Shown here in pieces: positions 57,717 through 64,000 of a stretch of 64,000 nt of DNA (the first letter of the stretch is position 1; each line of letters begins with the position of its first letter). A program made the translations under genes and the position numbers. The notes below the pieces were generated by a model that made no database searches, was not told where the DNA came from, and worked only from the letters and a program-made list of their open reading frames with translations. The DNA lies in assembly GCA_965237415.1 (NCBI GenBank), contig CBDEFM010000001.1:260205-324204 (forward strand), given 5' to 3'. This stretch comes from Alphaproteobacteria bacterium (GTDB taxonomy: Bacteria > Pseudomonadota > Alphaproteobacteria > UBA828).

Positions 57717-58393
57717 GGCGGTCCGCAATGTTACGCAGCCTCGCGCTGCCGGTCCTCGCGATCCTGTTCGCGGCCGGCGCGGCATCGGCGAAGGACCTCG
57801 GCGTGCGCGGCCAGACCTGGCCGGTCGCAGAGCCGGACCTGCTGGCGCAGATCGAGTCGCGTCTCATGGAGATGGAACGCTCGGGCGAGCTGGCCCGGCT
57901 GCAAGAGGAAGCCCGCGTCCGTGCCCGGTCGCGGCTGGAGGCGCCCGAACCGGTGGCGGGAATCGCACCGGCCAGGACCGGACGCACCCGCCTGTTCGAC
58001 CCGTCGATCACCGTCGGGCGCGACATCCGTGCCGCCGACGGGACCGTGATTGCGGCCGCCGGAACGCGGGTCGATCCGTTCGCCCATGCGCCGTTCACCC
58101 GCGACCTGCTGTTCATCGACGGCACCCGCGAGGCGGAAATCGCCTGGGCGCTCGAACGGACCCGCGACGGGGACAGGCCATCGACGATCGTGCTGCTGGC
58201 GGGCCGGCCCCTCGACCTCGCGCGGCGCCACGGCCGTCCGTTCTTCTTCGACCAGGGCGGGCGCATCGCCCGGCGCCTCGGCCTTGCCGCCACGCCCTCG
58301 CGGGTGACGCGCGACGGCGCGCATCTGCGCATCGACGAAATCCCGCTCGACGACCACGCGGCAGACACGCGGCGCGGCCGCGGCAATCCATGA
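57713..58393 (+). CDS. traW: Type-F conjugative transfer protein TraW
   Basis: 226 aa with a signal peptide, then AKDLGVRGQTWPVAEPDLLAQIESRL, the typical TraW N-terminus. Confidence 0.8.
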   Translation: MRRSAMLRSLALPVLAILFAAGAASAKDLGVRGQTWPVAEPDLLAQIESRLMEMERSGELARLQEEARVRARSRLEAPEPVAGIAPARTGRTRLFDPSITVGRDIRAADGTVIAAAGTRVDPFAHAPFTRDLLFIDGTREAEIAWALERTRDGDRPSTIVLLAGRPLDLARRHGRPFFFDQGGRIARRLGLAATPSRVTRDGAHLRIDEIPLDDHAADTRRGRGNP

Positions 58394-58440
58394 ACCCGCA
58401 GGACCAATCCCGATGAAGAGAAGGACAGGAGGAAACAGCG

Positions 58441-58884
58441 ATGCTGAACATGAACAGGGTGACATTGCTCGGCCGCGCCGGGCGCGATCCGGAGCTCCGC
58501 ACCATGCGGAGCGGCGACCGCGCGGCGTCGTTCAGCCTGGCCACCACGGAGCGGTGGAAACGCCAGGACGGGCAGACCGAAGAGAGTACCGAATGGCACC
58601 GCATCGTGGTCTACGGGGCCGCGGTCGAGGCGGTCGAAACGATGGTGCGCAAGGGCTGCGCGGTGCTGATCGAGGGCCGGCTCGCGGTGCGCGCCTGGAA
58701 GGACGGCGAGGGCCGCGACCGGCAGGTGACCGAGATCGTCGTCGCCGGCCGGCAGGGCCTGGTCAACGTGCTCTCCGGACGCCCGCAAGCAGACACGCAG
58801 GCGGGCACGGATACGGAGGCGGCGCCGGCCGCGGGCGGGCCGCCCGCAACCGCGGACGCGGCGCCGGCCGGTGGGCCGGCATGA
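58441..58884 (+). CDS. ssb: Single-stranded DNA-binding protein (OB fold) lacking the canonical acidic C-terminal tip
   Basis: MNRVTLLGRAGRDPELRTMRSGDRAASFSLATTERWK..TEWHRIVVYG is a canonical SSB OB fold. The tail ends ..AAPAGGPA instead of D-D-D-I-P-F. Confidence 0.85.
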   Translation: MLNMNRVTLLGRAGRDPELRTMRSGDRAASFSLATTERWKRQDGQTEESTEWHRIVVYGAAVEAVETMVRKGCAVLIEGRLAVRAWKDGEGRDRQVTEIVVAGRQGLVNVLSGRPQADTQAGTDTEAAPAAGGPPATADAAPAGGPA

Positions 58885-59882
58885 GATGCCGTTTCATCCT
58901 CCTGTTGGCGTTGGTCTCGTTCGCCGTGTTTCCGGTTGGAACCGCGTCGGCGCAGACCTGCACCGGGCGCTTCGTCAACCCCATCACGGATGTGTGCTGG
59001 GAGTGCCTGCTGCCGATCTCGATCGGCCCGATCTCCATTGGCAGCGCATCGGGCGCTCCCGACACGGCCAACCCGTCCTCGCCGATTTGCCTGTGCGGCT
59101 CGCCGATCCCCCGGATCGGGCTCTCCCTCGGAGTCTGGGAGCCGGCAAGGCTAATGGACGTGTCGCGGGCGCCCTGGTGCTTCCCCAATCTCGGCGGCCT
59201 CACCATCGATCCGGGGTTGCCGGCGGCGCGCGGGCGCACCGGGTCCTCGGGCGGCGACGGCGCCTCGGGCTCGGTCTGGCACGCGCACTATTACGTCTAT
59301 CCGCTGCTGTCCTGGATCGGGGCGCTGCTCGACCTCGGCTGCCTCGAAGCCGGCGGGCTCGATATCGCCTGGACCTCGGAGCTCGACCCGGCCTGGCTCG
59401 ACGACGAGCTGTCCTTCCTGCTCAACCCGGAAGCCGCGCTCTTTGCCAACCTGCCGGCCCAGGCGGCCTGTGCCGCCGACTGCGCGGCGTCCTCGGCCGG
59501 GCTGCCGCTCGATCCGCTGTTCTGGTGCGCCGGCTGCCAGGGCGGGATGTATCCGCTGACCGGCAACGTCGCGGCCCATGTCGGCGGCGTCCAGGCCTCG
59601 CTGCTCGCGGCCCAGCGCCTAGTCTACCGGCTGCACCGGCTCGGGCTCGCCTGGGGCACGTTCGGCTCCGGGGCGCTCTGCGGGCGCTACCCGATGCCGG
59701 TGATGAAGAAGTCGCAATACCGCTGGCAGATGACCCAGCCGGTGCCGGCCACGACGCCGTTCCTGGGCTGCAACCCGACCGGTCGCTCCTCGGTGCTCTG
59801 GGAAACGCTGCGCGAGCTCCCGGTCGCGGGCGAGAGCTTCGGCTACCTGCTGTGGCGAAAACGCAACTGCTGTTTGCTGTGA
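58881..59882 (+). CDS. traU: Type-F conjugative transfer protein TraU
   Basis: 333 aa with a signal peptide, then CTGRFVNPITDVCWECLLPISIG, the hallmark TraU motif. ATGA overlap with ssb. Confidence 0.9.
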   Translation: MRCRFILLLALVSFAVFPVGTASAQTCTGRFVNPITDVCWECLLPISIGPISIGSASGAPDTANPSSPICLCGSPIPRIGLSLGVWEPARLMDVSRAPWCFPNLGGLTIDPGLPAARGRTGSSGGDGASGSVWHAHYYVYPLLSWIGALLDLGCLEAGGLDIAWTSELDPAWLDDELSFLLNPEAALFANLPAQAACAADCAASSAGLPLDPLFWCAGCQGGMYPLTGNVAAHVGGVQASLLAAQRLVYRLHRLGLAWGTFGSGALCGRYPMPVMKKSQYRWQMTQPVPATTPFLGCNPTGRSSVLWETLRELPVAGESFGYLLWRKRNCCLL

Positions 59883-59926
59883 ACCCTTTGAAAACACAAG
59901 TGAAAACCGTCCGACAAGGCTCCGCA

Positions 59927-60667
59927 ATGACCGCTATCCGCTCCCGCAACGTCGCTATCTCCCTCGCTGCTGCGATGCTGCTGGCCGCATGCTGCGGCCC
60001 GGTCCGGGCGGACGACGCCGGGCCCGTCGCCGTTCCCGGCGATGGCGCGTCGAAGGCTGCGCGCACCCTCGTCGATGAGGTGCTGCGCAAGGCCGGCGGT
60101 AGTGAAAACGGCCTCGGCGACTGGACGCAGAAGATCATCGGAGATGCCCTCGACCGCGCGTCCGGCGCCGCCGGGGCCACCCCCGCTCCGCTGCCGGCCG
60201 AACGCCACGCAGCGGGCACGCGGGCAGGTCTCGCCGGGCGGCCGAACAGCGCGGAAATCATCGTCTTCACCAGCCTGTCCGTTCCCGCCGCGAGCTGGGC
60301 GCAGTGGGCGTCCGAGGCGGCGCGGGTCGGCGTGCCGCTGGTGCTGCGCGGCGTCGGCGAAGACGGATTGCGCGCGACGGTCAAACGAATCGGCGACCGG
60401 ATCGATACGCACAAGGTCGGCATCGCCATCGATCCGCGCCTGTTCCGGCTGTTCGGCGTGACCCGTGTCCCCGCCGTCGTCGCGGTCCCGGGCGGCGTGC
60501 CGCCCTGCCGGAGCCGGGGCTGCTCGGACGATGCACAGCCGCCCTTCGATCGCGTCGCCGGGAATATCGGTCTCGCCGCCGCCCTCGAAGCCATCGCCGC
60601 CGAGGGCGGGCCGGGCCGGGACATTGCACGGCAGCATCTCGGGCGGCTGAGAGGAGAAGAGCGATGA
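59927..60667 (+). CDS. trbC: Type-F conjugative transfer protein TrbC
   Basis: 246 aa. IIVFTSLSVPAASWAQWASEAARVGVPLVLRGV is the TrbC signature. Confidence 0.8.
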   Translation: MTAIRSRNVAISLAAAMLLAACCGPVRADDAGPVAVPGDGASKAARTLVDEVLRKAGGSENGLGDWTQKIIGDALDRASGAAGATPAPLPAERHAAGTRAGLAGRPNSAEIIVFTSLSVPAASWAQWASEAARVGVPLVLRGVGEDGLRATVKRIGDRIDTHKVGIAIDPRLFRLFGVTRVPAVVAVPGGVPPCRSRGCSDDAQPPFDRVAGNIGLAAALEAIAAEGGPGRDIARQHLGRLRGEER

Positions 60668-61803
60668 CCGTGGAGATTCAACCCGAGCGGATCGACGTCC
60701 TGGTCGACCGGGCGACACGGATTGTCCGCCTGCTGGCCTGGCTCGTGGCGCTTGCCTGTGCGGTGCTCCTGTTCGCCCTCCTCTCGGCGGCGGCGGCGGC
60801 GGCGGAAGATCCGAAGGCGGCCGCCCGCGAAATCGGCCGGGCGGGAACCACGGCGGCGGGCGCGATCGCGAAGAGCGCCGGCAGCGCGGCGACCGTGCCG
60901 GGCTATGCCGGGACCGACGTGCCCGAACGCGGCATCGGGGCGGGCGCGCTACAGGACGCGGCGAAAGCAAGGCTCGCCGATCCGCACGATCCCGGCGGGG
61001 CGGCCGGGCGCGCGGTGATCGAGGGCACCGTGAACCGGCCCGCCGCGGAGGTGCCGGCGAGCGATCCGGCGGTGGTCCGCTCGGAGGGTATCGCGGTGTC
61101 GCCGCAGTCCCCGGCCCATGGTGCTTCCGGGCTCGCCTCGGGCAGCGTCTCCGACTGCGGCAAGGAGCTTGAGGATGCCCAGGATGGCGGGGCCTGCGGC
61201 GCCGTGCGCTGGTGCGTGGGCGCGGGCTGCGAGAGCGTATCGGGGCAGTCCAACACCGGGTTCGTGAACGCCACGACCCGGCTCAACATGGCGCTGGAGC
61301 TCGGCGGCGAGGAATTCGACCGCGACGACATGCGCTTCTTCACCGGCAAGCGCCGGGCCTGCACCATCAGGCTGTTCGGCCTCGCCAACTGCTGCAAGAA
61401 CTCGGGCGCCCTGGTCGGGCTCGCCGGGTGCAGCGCCGAAGAGATCGAGCTCGCGGAGGAACGCAACGGCGGCAACACCCACTATCTGGGGAGTTACTGC
61501 GCGAAGCGCACCTTCTTCGGGGTGTGCATCCGCCGGGCGCGCGCCTGGTGCGTGTTCGGCTCCAAGCTCGGGCGCATCCTGCAGGAGCAGGGGCGCAGCC
61601 AGCTCGGGGTCGGCTGGGGCGACTGCCGGGGGCTGTCGGTCGCCGAGATCGAGGGCATCGACTTCGAGAGGCTCGACCTCTCCGAGTTCACCGAGAACCT
61701 GATGGACGGTGGCCAGGAGCCCGCGATCTCGCTGCCCGAGGCGGGCGACACGCAGTCGGTCATGCGGGACCGCGTCCGCGACTTCTACCGGCGGGGCGAA
61801 TGA
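60664..61803 (+). CDS. traN: Type-F conjugative transfer protein TraN (Cys-rich outer-membrane protein)
   Basis: 379 aa with many conserved Cys in the C-terminal half (..CTIRLFGLANCCKNSG..GCSAEE..YCAKRTFFGVCIRRARAWCVFGSKLGRILQEQG..). Confidence 0.85.
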   Translation: MTVEIQPERIDVLVDRATRIVRLLAWLVALACAVLLFALLSAAAAAAEDPKAAAREIGRAGTTAAGAIAKSAGSAATVPGYAGTDVPERGIGAGALQDAAKARLADPHDPGGAAGRAVIEGTVNRPAAEVPASDPAVVRSEGIAVSPQSPAHGASGLASGSVSDCGKELEDAQDGGACGAVRWCVGAGCESVSGQSNTGFVNATTRLNMALELGGEEFDRDDMRFFTGKRRACTIRLFGLANCCKNSGALVGLAGCSAEEIELAEERNGGNTHYLGSYCAKRTFFGVCIRRARAWCVFGSKLGRILQEQGRSQLGVGWGDCRGLSVAEIEGIDFERLDLSEFTENLMDGGQEPAISLPEAGDTQSVMRDRVRDFYRRGE

Positions 61804-62618
61804 TGACGCCCGGCATGAAACATGCGGTCGTGGCGTGTGGGGTCTCGATACTCCTTGCCGGGCCGCTCACGGCAGAGGCCGCGGGCGGCGAATGGCGGTC
61901 CTGGTGCAGCCCCGACGGCTCGAACGCTTCCCTCGGCTGGCACTTCTATTGCGACCGGGACGAGGCGTCGGAACCGGAGGTTCGTGCGCCCGCACCGCAA
62001 TCCGGGCAGCAGAGCGCAACCGGGCGAATCCTGGAGATTCGCCGGCAACTGGAAGAGGCCCGCGCGGCGGCCGTGCTCGATCCGACGCCGGATAAGGTGG
62101 CCTCCTATCTGCGCCTGCAACAGGAAACCCTGCAACGCGCCGCCGCTTTTTCCGACGTGTTCCGCCGCACGGTTTGGGCGACGCCCGAGCTCGACTACAC
62201 CCTGAAACGCCCGGTCGGCGCGCTCGCCAAGCAGCTCTGGTCCGACGAGCGGCGCGAGGCACGAAACACGGCGCTGGCGCGGCTCGGGGAGCGCTACGGG
62301 CTGATCTATCTCGGCCATGCCGGCTGCGCCGGATGCAAGGTGTTCGGCCCGCTGCTGCGTGCATTCGCGACGCGCCACGGCCTCGACGTGCTGGCCGTGT
62401 CGATGTCCGGCGAGGCGCTGGAAGGCTGGCCGGAGGCGGTGCCCGACAATGGCCGAGCCGCCAGGCTCGGGCTTGCCGGTTCCCCGGTCCCGGCCGTCGT
62501 GCTGTTCGACACGAAGACCAAGCGGGTGCTGCCGGTCGGCTTCGGCGTGATGGCCGAGGACCAGCTGGCGATGCGCATCTTCACCCTCACAGCGCAGGAG
62601 CCCGGCCGTGACTATTGA
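61800..62618 (+). CDS. traF: TraF/TrbB-type thioredoxin-fold conjugative protein (retains a CxxC)
   Basis: 272 aa with a signal peptide. GLIYLGHAGCAGCKVFGPLL (CAGC) and VPAVVLFD. Position is between traN and traH. Confidence 0.8.
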   Translation: MMTPGMKHAVVACGVSILLAGPLTAEAAGGEWRSWCSPDGSNASLGWHFYCDRDEASEPEVRAPAPQSGQQSATGRILEIRRQLEEARAAAVLDPTPDKVASYLRLQQETLQRAAAFSDVFRRTVWATPELDYTLKRPVGALAKQLWSDERREARNTALARLGERYGLIYLGHAGCAGCKVFGPLLRAFATRHGLDVLAVSMSGEALEGWPEAVPDNGRAARLGLAGSPVPAVVLFDTKTKRVLPVGFGVMAEDQLAMRIFTLTAQEPGRDY

Positions 62619-62625
62619 TCCGAGA

Positions 62626-64000
62626 ATGGGCGCGATTTGCGCCGCCCTGGCGCTCGCGCTGACGGGCGCCATTCCCGGTGCAGGCCCCGCCTCCGCCGAC
62701 GTGCTGTCGGAGATGAACCGCTTCTGGCAGGGCGCGGCGGTCAACACCACCGGCCCGACCGCGTTCCAGGGCCAGGCCTCGGGCCACTGGACGCTCGGCA
62801 ATCTCTATCTGAGATCGCCGGTGCGCTCGGAGCAGGTCGCGACGGTGAACCTGCCCTCGTTCCGGGCCGGCTGCGGCGGCATCGACGCCTTCGCCGGCGC
62901 CTTCTCCTTCATCGACTCCGACCAGTTGATCGCGTTTGCCCGCGCGGTCGCCCAGAACGCCGCCGGCTTCGCCTTCGAGCTCGCCCTGGAGACCATCTCG
63001 CCGGTGATCGCCGAGACCATGTCGAAGCTGCGGGCGCTGGCGCAGTGGGTCAACAGCCAGAACCTGAACAGCTGCGAGACCGCCCAGGCGCTGGTCGGCG
63101 CCGCGTGGTCGAAGAACGACCGTGCATCCGCCTCGATCTGCGCCGCCATCGGCACGTCGCAGGGGATCTTCTCGGACTATGCCGCGGCCAAGCACGGCTG
63201 CGGCTCGGAGGGCAAGCGCAACTCGACGCTGGCGTCCGCCTCGGGCGCCATGGCCGACCAGGTGCCGGTCAATGTCAACTATGCCTGGAAGGCGGTTCGG
63301 GCGTCGTCCTTCCTCGCGGGGGATGCGCAGCTTGCGGAGTTCGCGATGTCGGTCACCGGCACGGTGATCGTCACCGCGCCGACCTCGGACGGGGATTCGT
63401 CGGGTCCGCGCGTCCGCATCCTCGAGCCGCTGGCCCTCGACCGCCGCGTGACGGAAATCCTGATGGAGGGCGGTGGCGACCTGCCGGTCTATCGCTGCGA
63501 TACGACGGCGCTCTGCCTCAACCCGACGCTCGGGCGGGTGACCATACCGGCCGACCGGGGCTTCCGGGCCCGCGTCGCCGACCTGCTGCGCGATCTGGTC
63601 GACGCGGTACGGACCGACACCGCGCCGCCGGCCGAAGCGCTCGGGCTGGTCAACCTCACCACGCTTCCGGTCTACCGGGTCGCCAATACCGCCGCGGCCT
63701 ATCGCGGCGCGGTGGTCGACCAGGAGATGGACGCGCTGGCCGAAGCCGTCGCGCTCGACATATTGCAGGTCTGGATCTCGGACCTGCACCGCACCGTCGA
63801 GGAACGCGCCGGGACGCTGGACATCGCCGACGGCGAGCAGTTGCGGCGCTGGCGCGAGGGGCTGCGCGCCAACCGCATTGCGCTCGCCCGCCACCGCCAC
63901 GAGGGGCTGGAGCGTTTCAACACGGCGCTCTCCGTGGTCGAGAAGCTGCGCCTGATCGAGACCGAGCTCGCCGGTGCGCTCAGCGCCGACCTGCGTGCCG
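62626..64000 (+). CDS. traH: Type-F conjugative transfer protein TraH, 3'-incomplete (runs off the window end)
   Basis: Open-ended, so absent from the ORF track. Translation gives MGAICAALALALTGAIPGAGPASADVLSEMNRFWQGAAVNTTGPTAFQGQASGHWTLGNLYLRSP..LPSFRAGCGGIDAFAGAFSFIDSDQLI, the TraH signature. An alternative GTG start is at 62608. Confidence 0.85.
   Translation, partial: MGAICAALALALTGAIPGAGPASADVLSEMNRFWQGAAVNTTGPTAFQGQASGHWTLGNLYLRSPVRSEQVATVNLPSFRAGCGGIDAFAGAFSFIDSDQLIAFARAVAQNAAGFAFELALETISPVIAETMSKLRALAQWVNSQNLNSCETAQALVGAAWSKNDRASASICAAIGTSQGIFSDYAAAKHGCGSEGKRNSTLASASGAMADQVPVNVNYAWKAVRASSFLAGDAQLAEFAMSVTGTVIVTAPTSDGDSSGPRVRILEPLALDRRVTEILMEGGGDLPVYRCDTTALCLNPTLGRVTIPADRGFRARVADLLRDLVDAVRTDTAPPAEALGLVNLTTLPVYRVANTAAAYRGAVVDQEMDALAEAVALDILQVWISDLHRTVEERAGTLDIADGEQLRRWREGLRANRIALARHRHEGLERFNTALSVVEKLRLIETELAGALSADLRA

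Overview
High-GC (about 65-68%) alphaproteobacterial-type DNA in three blocks. (1) 1-15.15 kb looks chromosomal. It is a catabolic cluster for methylated amines: two trimethylamine-dehydrogenase-family flavoproteins (one partial at the window edge, one frameshifted), a cupin, a CrtI-like FAD oxidoreductase, a dimethylglycine/sarcosine-dehydrogenase-like enzyme, a choline-kinase-like kinase, a proline-iminopeptidase-like hydrolase, an SDR and a five-gene Liv-type ABC importer. (2) 15.2-48.1 kb is a mosaic accessory region. It holds a tandem pair of P4-type tyrosine integrases. It holds an intact IS1595-family transporter IS (25-bp IRs, 8-bp target duplication) carrying a methyltransferase::HNH operon. 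That IS sits inside a cassette bounded by 38-bp GGGG inverted repeats, which also carries a small HExxH protein. The region also has many gene fragments (integrases, Tn5-like transposase, DUF4338/DruA-like, DUF2201-like), an intact IS21 with a 6-bp target duplication splitting a gene, and an HU gene. A Cre-like recombinase there is bracketed by two inverted 34-bp lox-like palindromes. Two paralogous Calx-beta/Big/FN3 autotransporters (about 1400 and 3000 aa) have 3' ends, plus the adjacent CI/LexA-like repressor gene, that form a 2.2-kb near-identical direct repeat. (3) 48.1-64 kb is an MPF-F type conjugative transfer operon (traA-like, traL, E, K, B, V, C, trbI-like, S26 peptidase, traW, ssb, traU, trbC, traN, traF, traH). 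traC is broken by a 16-bp insertion, and an alphaproteobacterial SOS box lies in the divergent control region. No rRNA, tRNA, CRISPR array, reverse transcriptase or Cas/TnpB-like gene was recognised. Many long ORFs in the track are wrong-frame or antisense artefacts of the high GC content. The most interesting candidates are the Cre/lox-like invertible module next to the giant adhesin gene, and the passenger operon of the IS1595-family element.
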